64,000 nucleotides of DNA from assembly GCA_964529805.1 (NCBI GenBank), contig CAZGZT010000007.1, positions 556-64,555 on the forward strand, written 5' to 3'. The first letter of the stretch is position 1, and every line of letters begins with the position of its first letter. The translations under genes and the position numbers were made by a program. Below are positions 26,397-38,212 of the stretch, piece after piece. Source of the stretch: an uncultured Solobacterium sp. Its GTDB lineage: Bacteria > Bacillota_I > Bacilli_A > Erysipelotrichales > Erysipelotrichaceae. The notes beneath the pieces were generated by a model, which was not told where the DNA came from, did no database searches, and saw nothing but the letters and a program-made list of their open reading frames with translations.

Positions 26397-29300
26397 TTAT
26401 TCTTCAGTAACTTCTTCGAAACCGTCAGCCAGTTCTTCTTCGCTTACCAGATCCTCGGCGTTATCGCCTAAAATCTCGCTAGGAAGCACTTCTTCATCCT
26501 GAGACGCGAGAAGTTTTTCTTCTCTGATCTCATCCAGTTCAAGGGCTCTTTCCTCGATCTGTCTGGTGGTATCTCTGTCAAATCTGGAACCTGTTCCCGC
26601 AGGGATCAGTTTACCGATAATGACATTTTCCTTGATACCGAACAGATGGTCGGTCTTGCCATTGACAGCGGCATCCGTGAGGACTTTCGTTGTTTCCTGG
26701 AAGGATGCGGCAGACAGGAAGGAATCTGTTTCAACTGATGATTTGGAAATACCCAGAAGCAGCGGTCCGAACTCGGCCGGATCTTTGCCGTTCATCAGCA
26801 GTTCATTGTTGATATCCGTCAGTCTCTTTAAGGAGATGGTCTGACCTGCAGACATCTCGGAGTCTCCCGGTTCAATGATGATGACTTTCTTCAGCATCTG
26901 CTTGATGATGACTTCAACGTGCTTGTCGGAAATGTCGATACCAGTTGCGGCATAGACCTTCTTGACTTCCTTCAGGATGTACTGCTGTACTGCCTGTACA
27001 CCGGCAATGCTAAGCAGTTCCTTCGGGTCGACGTTGCCTTCGGTCAATTTCGCACCGGCTCTTACCTGTTCACCGACTTTCAGCCATTCTCTGATTGTCT
27101 GAGAAATGCCTGTTCTATGGGCGATCGTTTCCTTTTCGTTGGAAATCTCAACGACATAGGAATGATCTTCCATTTCTTCGATTTTTGTGATCTCGCCGGC
27201 GATCTTAGCCAGCAGAGCAGGATGCTTCGGGCAGCGCGCTTCGAACAGCTCTTCGACACGCGGCAGACCCTGTGTGATATCGTCATCGGCATTCGCAACA
27301 CCGCCGGAGTGGAAGGTACGCATTGTCAACTGTGTACCAGGTTCACCAATGGACTGTGCAGCCATGATACCGACGGCTTCACCGGATTCAACCAGCTTGC
27401 CTGTAGCCATGTTACGTCCGTAGCACTTGCGGCAGATGCCGTCCTTGCACTTGCAGGTGAAGGAGTTACGGATGTGCATGCCCTTGTAACCGGCAGCGAT
27501 GATCTTGTCGGCGACGGCTTCATCGATGAAGGAATCTTCCTCGACGATGACCTCACCGGTCTTTGGATCAGTCAGCTGTTCTTTCGCATAACGGCCAACG
27601 ATACGGTCGTAGAACTTCTCAATGATTGAATTGTCCTTCATGTCAATGATGTCTTCTACGTAGTAGCTCTGGTCGGTATGACAGTCTTCTTCCATGATCA
27701 TGACGTCCTGGGCGACATCGACCAGTCTTCTTGTCAGATAGCCAGATTCGGCTGTCTTTAAGGCTGTATCGGTAAGACCCTTACGGACACCGTGCGTGGA
27801 AATAAAGAACTCGGATACATTCAGTCCTTCACGGAAGGAAGAATAGATCGGAACCTCGATGATCGAAGGCTGATATTCCTTTTTCGACTTGGACTGGGTA
27901 GGTCTACCCATCAGTCCACGCATGCCGGCCAGCTGGGTAAAGTTGGACTTGTTACCACGGGCTCCGGATACGGAAGACATGTTGATTGGAGACTTACGAG
28001 GCAGGTTGTTCATGACATCGTCACCGATGGCATTTGTCGTATCTGCCCACAGCTTGGAGAAGTGCTTTTCCCATTCAGGAAGGGTCAGCTGACCTCTCTT
28101 CAGCAGATTCTGCAGGACATCGGCTTTCGCCTTTGCCTCTTCAACGAAGTGCTGCTTGTGCGGTGCGACGTTGATATCGGACAGCGAGATGGTCATACCG
28201 GCAACGGTAGAATACTCGAAGCCCAGATCCTTGATCGCATCCAGTACTTCGGAAGAACCTTCCGTCTTGTATCTTGCGAAGACTTCCGCAATGACCTTGG
28301 AAAGATTCTTCTTGTTGAATTCCGGAGCGATCGGCTGATTCTTGATGTGTTTCTTGATGTCTGTTCCGTAGTCTACGAAACATCTGTCAGGCGTTCTCTT
28401 TAATGAATCACCCTCAACATCGTTAATGTAAGGGAAATCGCTTGGGAACTTGTCGTTAAAGATCAGCTTGCCGATGGTCGTAATCAGATACTTCTGATTC
28501 TGTTCCTCAGTAAAGCAGGTCTTGTGCAGCGAAGCGGCAGGCAGAGCAACACGGGTATGCAGGTGGACTTCCTTGTTCTGATAAGCCATCAGAGCTTCAT
28601 TGAAATCCTTGTAGACATGACCTTCGTTGTCTCCGAACTTTCTCCACATCGCAGCCGTTTCCTTGTCACCCAGAGCTTCGATCACATCGGCCTTCTCATA
28701 GAACTCTTCCGCAGTCTCTTCCATGTTCAGATAGAAATTGCCAAGGACCATGTCTTGTGAAGGCGTAACGATAGGCTTTCCATCCTTAGGACCAAGGATG
28801 TTGTTGGAAGCCATCATCAGGATCTCTGCTTCGGCTCTTGCCTTTTCTGACAGAGGAAGGTGGACAGCCATCTGGTCACCGTCGAAGTCGGCATTGAATG
28901 CCGTACATACCAGCGGATGCAGACGGATGGCACGACCTTCTACCAGTTTCGGCATGAAGGCCTGGATTCCCAGTCTGTGCAGTGTTGGTGCACGGTTCAG
29001 GAATACCGGGTGATTGTTCATGATTTCTTCCAGTACGTCCCAGATCTGCGGATCGGATTTTTCGATCATCTTCTCGGCAAACTTGGAGGACTGGGCGATC
29101 TTCTGGTTGACCAGTTCATTGATGACAAACGGCTTGTACAGCTGAATTGCCATTTCTCTAGGTACGCCGCACTGATACATCTTAAGATCCGGTCCGACCG
29201 CGATAACGGAACGTCCGGAGAAGTCAACACGTTTACCTAGGAGGTTCTGTCTGAAGCGTCCCTGCTTACCTTTTAAGGAATGAGACAGAGACTTTAACGG

Positions 29301-30233
29301 CCTGTTGGCGGAACCCTTGACAGGATTGCCTCTTCTGCCGTTATCGATCAGCGCATCTACAGCTTCCTGTAACATACGTTTTTCGTTCTGCACGATGATA
29401 CTAGGCGTACCGATTTCGAGCAGTTTCTTCAAACGGTTGTTACGGGTAATAACTCTTCTGTAAAGATCATTAAGATCGGATGTGGCGAATCTGCCGCCAT
29501 CCAGCTGAAGCATAGGTCTTAGATCAGGCGGAATGACCGGAAGGACAGTCAGAACCATCCATTCAGGCTTGTTGTCGGATTCAACGAAGGCGTTGATCGT
29601 TTCCAGCCTCTTAATCAGCTTCTTACGCTTATCGCCCTGAGCCTTTTCCAGCTCCTTGACGATCGCCTGCTTCTCTTTTACGACATCAACCTGTTCCAGC
29701 AGCGTCCTGATCGCTTCCGCACCCGTCTGGGCCTTGAAAGCGTCTTTGCCATACAGAGCTTCGTAGTTTCTGACTTCCAGCTCTGACAGAGGCTGCTTGT
29801 ATTCAAGATCGGTATTGCCAGGATTTGTAACGATCCAGGTTACGAAATACACGACTTCTTCCAGTATCTTCGGAGAAACATTCAGCACCAGACCCATTCT
29901 GGAAGGAATGCCCTTCAGATACCAGATATGTGCGACCGGAGCCGCAAGAGCGATATGACCCATACGTTCTCTTCTGACAGAAGACTTGGTGATCTCGACA
30001 CCGCATCTGTCACAGACAACACCCTTGTAACGGACTTTCTTGTATTTTCCGCAATAGCACTCCCAGTCCTTGGTAGGACCGAAGATCCTTTCGCAGAACA
30101 GACCGTCACGTTCCGGTTTCTGAGAACGGTAGTTGATCGTTTCCGGCTTCGTTACTTCGCCATGAGACCATTCCAGGATTCTTTCCGGAGAGGCCAGTCC
30201 GACTTTAATAGCTTCAAAATTGTTTTTTGCCAT
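26397..30233 (-). CDS. rpoC: DNA-directed RNA polymerase subunit beta'
   Basis: 1278 aa with the Zn-finger [22 protein letters not shown] and catalytic [12 protein letters not shown]. Confidence 0.98.
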   Translation of the reverse strand: MAKNNFEAIKVGLASPERILEWSHGEVTKPETINYRSQKPERDGLFCERIFGPTKDWECYCGKYKKVRYKGVVCDRCGVEITKSSVRRERMGHIALAAPVAHIWYLKGIPSRMGLVLNVSPKILEEVVYFVTWIVTNPGNTDLEYKQPLSELEVRNYEALYGKDAFKAQTGAEAIRTLLEQVDVVKEKQAIVKELEKAQGDKRKKLIKRLETINAFVESDNKPEWMVLTVLPVIPPDLRPMLQLDGGRFATSDLNDLYRRVITRNNRLKKLLEIGTPSIIVQNEKRMLQEAVDALIDNGRRGNPVKGSANRPLKSLSHSLKGKQGRFRQNLLGKRVDFSGRSVIAVGPDLKMYQCGVPREMAIQLYKPFVINELVNQKIAQSSKFAEKMIEKSDPQIWDVLEEIMNNHPVFLNRAPTLHRLGIQAFMPKLVEGRAIRLHPLVCTAFNADFDGDQMAVHLPLSEKARAEAEILMMASNNILGPKDGKPIVTPSQDMVLGNFYLNMEETAEEFYEKADVIEALGDKETAAMWRKFGDNEGHVYKDFNEALMAYQNKEVHLHTRVALPAASLHKTCFTEEQNQKYLITTIGKLIFNDKFPSDFPYINDVEGDSLKRTPDRCFVDYGTDIKKHIKNQPIAPEFNKKNLSKVIAEVFARYKTEGSSEVLDAIKDLGFEYSTVAGMTISLSDINVAPHKQHFVEEAKAKADVLQNLLKRGQLTLPEWEKHFSKLWADTTNAIGDDVMNNLPRKSPINMSSVSGARGNKSNFTQLAGMRGLMGRPTQSKSKKEYQPSIIEVPIYSSFREGLNVSEFFISTHGVRKGLTDTALKTAESGYLTRRLVDVAQDVMIMEEDCHTDQSYYVEDIIDMKDNSIIEKFYDRIVGRYAKEQLTDPKTGEVIVEEDSFIDEAVADKIIAAGYKGMHIRNSFTCKCKDGICRKCYGRNMATGKLVESGEAVGIMAAQSIGEPGTQLTMRTFHSGGVANADDDITQGLPRVEELFEARCPKHPALLAKIAGEITKIEEMEDHSYVVEISNEKETIAHRTGISQTIREWLKVGEQVRAGAKLTEGNVDPKELLSIAGVQAVQQYILKEVKKVYAATGIDISDKHVEVIIKQMLKKVIIIEPGDSEMSAGQTISLKRLTDINNELLMNGKDPAEFGPLLLGISKSSVETDSFLSAASFQETTKVLTDAAVNGKTDHLFGIKENVIIGKLIPAGTGSRFDRDTTRQIEERALELDEIREEKLLASQDEEVLPSEILGDNAEDLVSEEELADGFEEVTEE

Positions 30234-30235
30234 GT

Positions 30236-33200
30236 CTACATGTCCTCCTCATCAAATCCCATAACCGCTTCCGGCACTTCCTCGTCATCGATGTCGTCCC
30301 TGATGTTCAGGCCTGTCGTATCTTCGACGAGCTTGGCATCCTTTGCCTTCTCTACGTCGCGGTCGTCGTCATCGCTTCTGGAAATGCTGACTTCATTGCC
30401 GTTCGCATCCAGCATTCTGACATCGACAGCCAGAGCCTGCAGTTCATTCTTCAGGACATTAAAGGATTCAGGAATACCCGGTTCAGGGATCTTCTTGCCC
30501 TTAATGATCGCATCGTAGGTCTTCGTACGTCCGTTGATATCGTCTGACTTGACCGTCAGGATCTCTTCCAGCGTATGCGAAGCGCCGTAAGCTTCCAGTG
30601 CCCAGACTTCCATTTCACCGAATCTCTGGCCGCCGTTCTGGGCTTTACCGCCAAGAGGCTGCTGGGTTACGAGTGAATACGGACCTGTAGCACGTGCATG
30701 CAGTTTATCGTCGACCATGTGTGCCAGCTTGATCATGTACATGACGCCGACGGCGATTCTTTCATCGTAAGGTTCGCCTGTCTTGCCGTCACGCAGCGTG
30801 AGCTTGCCGTCCATGGAAGTCTGCGCTTCCTTCATGATCTCTGTGAGTTCTTCATTGGTGATTCCGTCGAAAACCGGGGTAGCGAACTTGACCGGTTTTC
30901 CTGTCTTTTCGCTTAAAGCCTTGGCAGCCATGCCCAGATGGATCTCCAGAACCTGGCCGATGTTCATACGTGAAGGAACACCGAACGGGTTCAGCATGAT
31001 ATCGACAGGCGTACCATCCGGCATAAACGGCATGTCTTCGACCGGCAGGATCTTGGAAATAACGCCCTTGTTGCCGTGTCTTCCGGCCATCTTGTCGCCT
31101 TCGGAAATCTTACGTTTCTGAACGACATAGACCTTAATGACTTCCGTAACGCCCGGACCCAGTTCATAGCCTTCAGATCTCTTGAAGACTCTGATCGACT
31201 GAACAATACCGGCACCGCCATGCGGAACTCTTAACGAGTTGTCTCTGACTTCGTGTGATTTCTCACCGAAGATCGCCAATAACAGTTTTTCTTCCGGTGA
31301 AGCATCGGACTGTCCCTTAGGGGTAACCTTACCGACAAGGATATCTCCTTCCTTGACCTCGGCACCCACCATGACGATACCTCTGGAATCCAGGTTGCGG
31401 CATGCGCCTTCCTGAACGTTCGGGATATCTCTGGTAATCTCTTCTTCACCGAGTTTTGTCTTTCTCTTTTCAATCGAATACTCATCGATATGGATAGAGG
31501 TATAGACATCGTCCTTGACCATTCTCTCCGACATGATGATGGCATCCTCGTAGTTGTAGCCGTGCCATGTCATGAAAGCGATCGTGACATTCTGGCCTAA
31601 AGCCAGTTCGCCGTCGTCCATGGAAGGACCATCGGCAATAATATCCCCATCCTTGACCTTGTCGCCGTTGGTGACGATAGGACGGTGGTTAATACATGTA
31701 CCGGCATTGGAACGTTCAAACTTCGCCAGCTTGTATTCGTGTTCTATGCCGTCTTTTGAGGTAATGACGATCTTGTCTGCGTCGACAAAGGTAACAATAC
31801 CCTCATCATGACAGATCAGACCTGTACCCGAGTCTCTCGCGATCTTGGATTCGATGCCTGTGCCGACGTATGGAGCATGCGGTCTAAGCAGTGGAACGGC
31901 CTGTCTTTGCATGTTCGCACCCATCAGGGCACGTGATGCGTCGTCGTTCTCCAGGAACGGGATACAGGCTGCCGCTACAGAAACGATCTGCTTCGGCGAT
32001 ACGTCTGCCAGCTCAACATCTTCTCTTCTGGCCAGGATGGTTTCTCCGGCTTTTCTGGCAACGACCTGATCGTGTACCAGCTTGCCATCGATGACTTCGT
32101 TGGCCTGAGCGATGATGTAGTCTGCCTCATCATCCGCTGAGAGATAAATATAGTCTTCCGTGACCTTGCCGTCTTTTTCAACCCTACGGTACGGAGTCTG
32201 AATGAATCCGTATTCGTTGATCTTGGCATAGGTCGTCAGATAGGAGATCAGACCGATGTTCTGACCTTCAGGGGTCTCGATCGGACAGATTCTTCCGTAG
32301 TGCGAGTTGTGTACGTCACGGACTTCAAATCCCGCTCTCTCTCTTGTCAGACCGCCAGGTCCTAAAGCAGAAATACGACGTTTGTTTGTCAGCTCTGCCA
32401 GAGGATTCTGCTGGTCCATGAACTGAGACAGCTGCGAGGAGGAGAAGAACTCTCTGATCGCACCGGACAGCGGACGGTTGTTCGTCAGTGTCTTAGGTGT
32501 CGCGTTCTCGATCTCCGTGATGGACATCTTCTCTTTGACTGCCTTCTCCATTCTGGACAGACCGATACGGAACTGGTTCTGAATCAGTTCTCCTACCGTT
32601 CTGATCCTACGGTTGCCCAACATATCGATATCGTCGGTTGTACCTACGGAATCCAGCAGGGTAAACATGTAGTTGTAGAATGCCAGCATGTCGGACATCG
32701 TGATGCACTTCTTGTCATTCAGCGGATCGATACCGATCAGTCTGATGATACTGTTTTCATCTTCCGGATGTCTGATATTCACCACCTGGCAGGCCGTACC
32801 GACCAGCCATGCGGAGATCTTTTCACCATTATTGACTCTTTCTTTAATGGCTTCTTCCTTGTCCAACATCAGCATGTAGCTGTCATGATCCGGCAGATAG
32901 TAAGGCATAGCCTGTTCTTCGTCGACCTTGACATCTTCGGAATTCTCATCCGTCAGACGGCCCAGGACGAACAATCTCTGTCCGTAATCCATGACTGCGT
33001 TATAGTTTTTAGCTGTAAGTTTTACTTCTCTGGCGATAATGCCTGAGTAGACTCTTACGGTATTGAATTCTTTGGCGATCTTTTCCACATCGGCAAGCGT
33101 CAGTACGGTTCCCATGAAGTAGGTCCTGTCGGACAGATCGATGTCGTTGGCAAGGATCCTGCCCTTTAAGGCCAGCTTGTCTTCCGTAGGAACTTCGACG

Positions 33201-34384
33201 ATCGTCGGATGCGAGAAAATATGCCTGAACGGGAATGCCTCAACATGGCTTCCCTTGACCAGGAATTCTCTTAATACCTTACGTTCTGCCTTTTCGATCA
33301 TGGTTCCCTTTTTGTAAAGGATAGAACCGTCTGCCTTGTACAGATCTTCCGCCAGAACATGGTGCTCGATACGGTCGATAACACTCAGTTTCTTTCTCAG
33401 CTTGTATCTGCCTGCAGGGGTCAGATCGTATTTCTTCTGATCGAAGAACTTGGCATTCATCAGGTTGGCAGCGCCTTCAACCGTAGGAACTTCATCCTGT
33501 TTCTGGTTCTTGTGCATTTCCAGCAGTGCCGCATCCATCGTCTTGGTCTTGTCTGCCTGAAGAGTATTTACGATCTCCTCATAGGCACCCAGGAAAGACG
33601 TATAGATCGCTTCATAGATATTCAGGAATTCACGGTCTTCATTCTGATTGATCAGATCTTCGTAAACCGGCAGATCCAGTGCCTTCAGGAACGTCTTGAC
33701 TCTATCGATATCAAAACCGTCCTCTCCCTTTTCCAGATTCAGCGCAAAGCCGATGCACTTCAAAAGGATCGTCGACAGGATCTTACGCTTTCTGTCCACA
33801 GACATGTTCATGAGTCTGCCCAGAGCGTTTTTCTTGTCGTCGGTCAGGAATTCCAGCCAGGTTCCGCGGGAAGGGATCAGTTCGCCGGAATACGTATCTC
33901 TGCCTGTCTTGTCGTCAGACTGGCTGTCAAAATAGGCTCCAGGTGATCTAACGATCTGCGAGACAATGACACGCTCCGCACCGTTGATGATAAACGTACC
34001 AGTCGGGGTCATCATCGGGAAGTCGCCTAAAAAGACTTCTTCTCTTCTGGTGATCACTTCACCGGTATCTTCATCAATGATCTCCAACTCCATGTTGGCT
34101 TTTAATGGCGCACGATAGTCTTCTTCACGGTATTTCGTTTCGGCAACGTCATACTTCGGTTCACCGAATTCATAATCGATCAGCTTTAAGCGGATATTTC
34201 CGCCATAGTTCTGAATCGGGTAAATATCATCAAAAACTTCTTTGATTCCATACTTTTTAAACCAGTTAAAAGAATCGGTTTGTACCTCGACCAGGTTAGG
34301 CAGTTCCAGATTACCGCTAACCTTCGAGTAGTCACGGCGAGAAGAATGCTTACCCGAATTAACAATCTTGTATTTTTCTTTCAT
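30236..34384 (-). CDS. rpoB: DNA-directed RNA polymerase subunit beta
   Basis: Rif region [31 protein letters not shown], plus ...[15 protein letters not shown]... Start placed at ATG 34384 (SD AAAGGA). The track ORF extends to 34423. Confidence 0.97.
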   Translation of the reverse strand: MKEKYKIVNSGKHSSRRDYSKVSGNLELPNLVEVQTDSFNWFKKYGIKEVFDDIYPIQNYGGNIRLKLIDYEFGEPKYDVAETKYREEDYRAPLKANMELEIIDEDTGEVITRREEVFLGDFPMMTPTGTFIINGAERVIVSQIVRSPGAYFDSQSDDKTGRDTYSGELIPSRGTWLEFLTDDKKNALGRLMNMSVDRKRKILSTILLKCIGFALNLEKGEDGFDIDRVKTFLKALDLPVYEDLINQNEDREFLNIYEAIYTSFLGAYEEIVNTLQADKTKTMDAALLEMHKNQKQDEVPTVEGAANLMNAKFFDQKKYDLTPAGRYKLRKKLSVIDRIEHHVLAEDLYKADGSILYKKGTMIEKAERKVLREFLVKGSHVEAFPFRHIFSHPTIVEVPTEDKLALKGRILANDIDLSDRTYFMGTVLTLADVEKIAKEFNTVRVYSGIIAREVKLTAKNYNAVMDYGQRLFVLGRLTDENSEDVKVDEEQAMPYYLPDHDSYMLMLDKEEAIKERVNNGEKISAWLVGTACQVVNIRHPEDENSIIRLIGIDPLNDKKCITMSDMLAFYNYMFTLLDSVGTTDDIDMLGNRRIRTVGELIQNQFRIGLSRMEKAVKEKMSITEIENATPKTLTNNRPLSGAIREFFSSSQLSQFMDQQNPLAELTNKRRISALGPGGLTRERAGFEVRDVHNSHYGRICPIETPEGQNIGLISYLTTYAKINEYGFIQTPYRRVEKDGKVTEDYIYLSADDEADYIIAQANEVIDGKLVHDQVVARKAGETILARREDVELADVSPKQIVSVAAACIPFLENDDASRALMGANMQRQAVPLLRPHAPYVGTGIESKIARDSGTGLICHDEGIVTFVDADKIVITSKDGIEHEYKLAKFERSNAGTCINHRPIVTNGDKVKDGDIIADGPSMDDGELALGQNVTIAFMTWHGYNYEDAIIMSERMVKDDVYTSIHIDEYSIEKRKTKLGEEEITRDIPNVQEGACRNLDSRGIVMVGAEVKEGDILVGKVTPKGQSDASPEEKLLLAIFGEKSHEVRDNSLRVPHGGAGIVQSIRVFKRSEGYELGPGVTEVIKVYVVQKRKISEGDKMAGRHGNKGVISKILPVEDMPFMPDGTPVDIMLNPFGVPSRMNIGQVLEIHLGMAAKALSEKTGKPVKFATPVFDGITNEELTEIMKEAQTSMDGKLTLRDGKTGEPYDERIAVGVMYMIKLAHMVDDKLHARATGPYSLVTQQPLGGKAQNGGQRFGEMEVWALEAYGASHTLEEILTVKSDDINGRTKTYDAIIKGKKIPEPGIPESFNVLKNELQALAVDVRMLDANGNEVSISRSDDDDRDVEKAKDAKLVEDTTGLNIRDDIDDEEVPEAVMGFDEEDM

Positions 34385-34419
34385 TAGCGCCGTCCTTTCA
34401 AATAATTGTTTAGAAACCG

Positions 34420-35013
34420 TCAATGGCTATCAATAACCAAATAACCCTTATCCTTCTCAATAACCTCAACGTTTTCAAATACTGTTTCAAGTTTCTTTAT
34501 GGAAGACATCGCTCCCTGAGCCTTACGGATCACGATATACAGATGACCCCCCTCATTCAGTATTTCTTTAGCCTTTTCATACAGTTCATAGATGACCTTC
34601 TTTCCTGCCCTGATCGGCGGGTTCAGAACGATCGTATCGAACTTGTGATCCAGCGTGAGAATGTCCTCACATAAATGCACTTTAATATCTTCTGTATGAT
34701 TATTTCTGTTGTTCAGAACGGACAGTTCAACAGCCCTTGAATTGACCTCTGCCATCTCCACCTGCAGCTGCGGATGAAAACGCTTCAGGATGATCCCGAT
34801 GGGACCGTAACCTGAACCAAGATCAAGCAGGCTCTCTCCCAGATCCTTCTTGTATACAGTTCTAATTAAGATATAACTCCCGTAATCGACGTTGTCTTTC
34901 GAAAACACGCCGTTATCGGTAGTGAAACGAAAAACCTCATTATCGAAATAATAAGTAAACTCTTTCCTGTCCGAAGACAGATCCTTATTATCCGTATAAT
35001 AGTGGTTCATCAA
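34420..35013 (-). CDS. class I SAM-dependent methyltransferase (RsmC/YbxB-like)
   Basis: [13 protein letters not shown] (motif I) and [10 protein letters not shown]. It occupies the same rplL-rpoB position as Bacillus ybxB. Confidence 0.8.
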   Translation of the reverse strand: MMNHYYTDNKDLSSDRKEFTYYFDNEVFRFTTDNGVFSKDNVDYGSYILIRTVYKKDLGESLLDLGSGYGPIGIILKRFHPQLQVEMAEVNSRAVELSVLNNRNNHTEDIKVHLCEDILTLDHKFDTIVLNPPIRAGKKVIYELYEKAKEILNEGGHLYIVIRKAQGAMSSIKKLETVFENVEVIEKDKGYLVIDSH

Positions 35014-35385
35014 TTATTTGATATCGACAGTAGCTCCTGCTTCAACTAATTGCTTCTTGATCTCTTCTGCTTCTTCCGGAGAGATGTTTTCCTTGATTGG
35101 GCTTGGGCACTTGTCAACCAGACCCTTAGCTTCTACCAGACCTAAGCCTGTGATTGTCTTAACAACCTTGATAACGGCAGTCTTAGCTTCACCGAAGTTC
35201 GTTAAAATAACAGATACTGATGAAGGACCCTGAGGTGCTTCTTCTGCAGGTGCAGCAGCAACAGCAACCGGAGCAGCAGCAGTAACGCCGAATTTCTCTT
35301 CGAGAGCTTTTACTAAATCATTGAGTTCTAAGATGCTGGCTTCTTCAAGATATGCCAGGATATCATCATGTGATAATTTTGCCAT
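35014..35385 (-). CDS. rplL: 50S ribosomal protein L7/L12
   Basis: [34 protein letters not shown]...VEAKGLVD...[19 protein letters not shown]. Confidence 0.98.
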   Translation of the reverse strand: MAKLSHDDILAYLEEASILELNDLVKALEEKFGVTAAAPVAVAAAPAEEAPQGPSSVSVILTNFGEAKTAVIKVVKTITGLGLVEAKGLVDKCPSPIKENISPEEAEEIKKQLVEAGATVDIK

Positions 35386-35954
35386 AATAAATTTTTTCTC
35401 CTTTTCTTAAATAAATTAGTAATTATGCAGCAGCTTCTGTTGCCTTCTGCCTTAGGGGCAGGGGCATCACCTTTAGAATCCGCAACGGCCTTGACGGCTC
35501 TTGCGAATGAGCTCATAGGTGACTGCAGACAGCTCAGTAACATAGACAGCATACCGTCGCGGTTTGGCAGAGCGGACAGTTCTTTGACTGTAGCTTCATC
35601 AACGACCTTACCCTCAACGATGCCTTTCTTAAGTACCAGAGCCTTGTGCTTCTTCGCAAACTTAGCCAGAACTCTTGCCGGTGCAGTCGCATCTTTCGAG
35701 AATGCAAAGGCGTTCGGTCCGCTTAACGCGTCCTTCAGATCTTCAAATCCACTCTCGTCACATGCTCTTTCGAACATCGTGTTCTTGTAGACTTTGAAGT
35801 CTATGCCTTCCGCTCTTAAGCTGCGTCTTAATTCTGTCACTTCAGCAACACTAAGTCCGCGATACTCGCAAACAACCGTTGAATCGGAATCTTTGATCTT
35901 GTCGACGATTTCCTTGACAACAGCCTGTTTGTTACTTAATACAGCTTGATTCAT
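35328..35954 (-). CDS. rplJ: 50S ribosomal protein L10; the 3' end is anomalous, with no in-frame stop until 58 nt inside rplL
   Basis: [47 protein letters not shown]... Start at ATG 35954 (SD AAAGAGGA). The last ~40 codons ([26 protein letters not shown]...) read through the rplL SD and start codon. Confidence 0.9.
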   Translation of the reverse strand: MNQAVLSNKQAVVKEIVDKIKDSDSTVVCEYRGLSVAEVTELRRSLRAEGIDFKVYKNTMFERACDESGFEDLKDALSGPNAFAFSKDATAPARVLAKFAKKHKALVLKKGIVEGKVVDEATVKELSALPNRDGMLSMLLSCLQSPMSSFARAVKAVADSKGDAPAPKAEGNRSCCIITNLFKKRRKNLLWQNYHMMISWHILKKPAS

Positions 35955-35984
35955 AGTTCCTCTTTCTAACACCCATATACACAT

Positions 35985-36085
35985 AAAATAAAACCTGTAT
36001 CCATAGACACAGGTTAAAAATCATCTTCAGATTAACCTCGGTAACATGATTAAGCGATAGCGCCGTTACTGTCTATGGTATATCG
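35985..36085 (-). promoter_or_regulatory. candidate ribosomal protein L10 leader (autoregulatory 5' UTR structure)
   Basis: Long-range stem CCATAGACA (36078..36070) / TGTCTATGG (36009..36001) encloses nested hairpins (GGTTAA...TTAACC) directly upstream of rplJ. Confidence 0.5.
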
Positions 36086-36095
36086 ATGCGTTAAT

Positions 36096-36124
36096 ATATT
36101 ACCTTATTTAATCTTTTTTTTCAA
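36096..36124 (-). promoter_or_regulatory. candidate rplJL promoter (TTGAAA-17-TAATAT)
   Basis: Hexamers read on the minus strand between the surE stop and the L10 leader. Confidence 0.5.
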
Positions 36125-36135
36125 GTAGAAATGCT

Positions 36136-36903
36136 TTATTTCAGCACATTTTCCAGATCTTCGATACAGTCGTCAAGAACGTGCAAATTTCCTAATGGAG
36201 ATACGGCGACATAGCCTGCCACTACGGCATTCCTATCTATTCTGAGATCTTCAATATTCTCACTCGGTTTCATGTGGGAAGATATGATATAGATGTATTC
36301 TATTCCATCCTCGGAAGCCATGGAGATGTTCTCGGAATATGCCATTCTGGTAAGTCTGTCGCAGACCAGAACACCCTTGATTTCCTCACCCTTTAAATCA
36401 GGAACATTGATGTTGAGATAGTAGTCCTTCTTTTTGTTTTCCAGATACTTCATTCCCAGTATTCTGGCGTATCCGGCTGCAGTTCTGTAATCGTTGTCCA
36501 TGGACAGCTGCAAAGAGACCGCAATGGATGGAACGCCCTGAATCAGCGCTTCCCTGGCGGCTGCCGCGGTTCCAGAATAGATCAGATCCGAAGAGACATT
36601 CAATCCCCTGTTGATCCCGCTGACGACCAGATCGATCTGATCTTTGAACAGAAAACGCAGACTAAGATGAACGCAGTCGGCAGGTGTTCCCCACAAGGCG
36701 TAGGCCTTGACTGTACCTTCCATCTCTCTTTCTTCGATACGGACCTTACCTCTTAAGGTCATATGATGTGAATTAGAACTTCTTTCTCCTTCCGGAGCGA
36801 CCACATAGACATCCATATACTGAGAAAATTCTTCTACCAGCGCCTGCAGTCCTCTTGATCCGATTCCGTCGTCGTTTGTGATCAGTACTTTCTTTCTATC
36901 CAT
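36136..36903 (-). CDS. surE: 5'/3'-nucleotidase SurE
   Basis: MDRKKVLITNDDGIGSRGLQALVE..., GINRGLNVSSDLIYSGTAAAAREA. Confidence 0.92.
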   Translation of the reverse strand: MDRKKVLITNDDGIGSRGLQALVEEFSQYMDVYVVAPEGERSSNSHHMTLRGKVRIEEREMEGTVKAYALWGTPADCVHLSLRFLFKDQIDLVVSGINRGLNVSSDLIYSGTAAAAREALIQGVPSIAVSLQLSMDNDYRTAAGYARILGMKYLENKKKDYYLNINVPDLKGEEIKGVLVCDRLTRMAYSENISMASEDGIEYIYIISSHMKPSENIEDLRIDRNAVVAGYVAVSPLGNLHVLDDCIEDLENVLK

Positions 36904-37570
36904 TTTCTTTCTCCAGAATATCGAATATCTGATCCAGTTTCTCGATGCGGTAGCCGTGGTAATCCAGAGCCGGTCTTTCCGTATCTTCCAGGATCCACAC
37001 CGGCGTCATGCCTGCACGAATGGCTCCCAGGATATCGGATGCAAATACATCGCCGATCATCAGACATTCTTCGCACTTAACACCCAGCTGTTGAGCTGCA
37101 TATTCGAAGATCTCCGTTTCCGGTTTCTTAAAGCTCAGATCTCCCGATACCAGGATCACATCGAAGTAGTCTTCGATCTTGACCTGTTTGATCTTGTTGT
37201 GCTGAGAAAAGGAGAAACCATTGGAAAGGATACAAAGCTTGTACTTGCCTTTCAGTCTCTCCAGCACATCGATCGTTTCATCTTTCAATACCGCAAAACG
37301 GTACATGTTCATCTTGCTGAATTCAATAAACTTCTCATTGAAATCATCCGGCAGAAGATCACCGTATTTGTTGATAAACGGAATCATCCTCTGATGGGTT
37401 TCCGTCGTGCCGTTGCAGTCGAATGTCAGCGCATCCTGCATGACCGCTTCAAATTCGATCTCATTCAGATCAGGAAAATAAGGCTTCAGAAAATCCCTGA
37501 ACATCAGATAGGCATTCATCTGTCTGTTTGACAGTGTGCCGTCAAAATCAAAAAGGATCGCCTTAATCAT
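36896..37570 (-). CDS. HAD-superfamily hydrolase
   Basis: MIKAILFDFDGTLS (motif I) and ...GDVFASDILGA... (motif IV region). 8-nt overlaps on both sides. Confidence 0.85.
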   Translation of the reverse strand: MIKAILFDFDGTLSNRQMNAYLMFRDFLKPYFPDLNEIEFEAVMQDALTFDCNGTTETHQRMIPFINKYGDLLPDDFNEKFIEFSKMNMYRFAVLKDETIDVLERLKGKYKLCILSNGFSFSQHNKIKQVKIEDYFDVILVSGDLSFKKPETEIFEYAAQQLGVKCEECLMIGDVFASDILGAIRAGMTPVWILEDTERPALDYHGYRIEKLDQIFDILEKENG

Positions 37571-37769
37571 CGACCCTCTCCGCCTTTTCTATGATCTTCT
37601 TGCACTTGCGTTCAAATTCAGGTCTCTCCATCATTACGACAGCACCGCATCCCTCGCACTTGATCTTGATGTCAACGCCCATTCTGACGATCTTCCAGTA
37701 ATGCGACTTCTTGCAGGGATGATCCTTCTTCATCTGAACGATATCGTTTAAAGCGTAACCTTCTACCAT
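37563..37769 (-). CDS. DUF951 family protein
   Basis: ...NDIVQMKKDHPCKKSHYWKIVRMGVDIKIKCEGCGAVVMMERPEFERK... matches the DUF951 pattern (HPC...RMG.DI.IKC..CG). Confidence 0.75.
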   Translation of the reverse strand: MVEGYALNDIVQMKKDHPCKKSHYWKIVRMGVDIKIKCEGCGAVVMMERPEFERKCKKIIEKAERVDD

Positions 37770-38212
37770 AATACCTCACTATCCAGTATAACCGTAATCG
37801 GTCCGGCATTAGTCAGATTGATATCCATTTCCGCACCGAATATGCCTTCTTCCACTTCCAGGTTCAGTTTTCTGAGACATTCATTGAAATACTGATACAG
37901 ATGAACGGCTCTTTCCCCGCCCAGAGCATCCGTAAAGCTTGGACGGTTTCCTTTCCTGCAGTCGGCATAAAGAGTGAACTGGGAGATGGATAAAACCTTC
38001 CCGTTCACGTCGTAGATGGACTTGTTGATCTTGCCGTTCTCGTCGTCGAAGATCCTGAGCTTGCTCATCTTCTCCGCCATCTTCTCTACAACAGCCTCAT
38101 CGTCCTGCAGTCCGAAACCGACTAAAACCATATAACCGGTATCGATCTTTCCGGTTATATGGTTATCTACGGTACAGCTTGCCTGTGATACTTTCTGTAT
38201 GACTAAACGCAT
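37763..38212 (-). CDS. dtd: D-aminoacyl-tRNA deacylase
   Basis: MRLVIQKVSQASCTV...MVLVGF...SQFTLYADCRKGNRPSF...GPITVILD. Confidence 0.93.
   Translation of the reverse strand: MRLVIQKVSQASCTVDNHITGKIDTGYMVLVGFGLQDDEAVVEKMAEKMSKLRIFDDENGKINKSIYDVNGKVLSISQFTLYADCRKGNRPSFTDALGGERAVHLYQYFNECLRKLNLEVEEGIFGAEMDINLTNAGPITVILDSEVLW

Noticed and set aside
34385-34423. 13-codon N-terminal extension of rpoB in the ORF track
   Set aside because: It would overlap the methyltransferase stop. The ATG at 34384 has an SD and yields the conserved N-terminus [21 protein letters not shown].
35955-35984. 10-codon extension (MCIWVLERGT) of rplJ
   Set aside because: It lies inside the leader and SD region. The canonical L10 N-terminus begins at ATG 35954.
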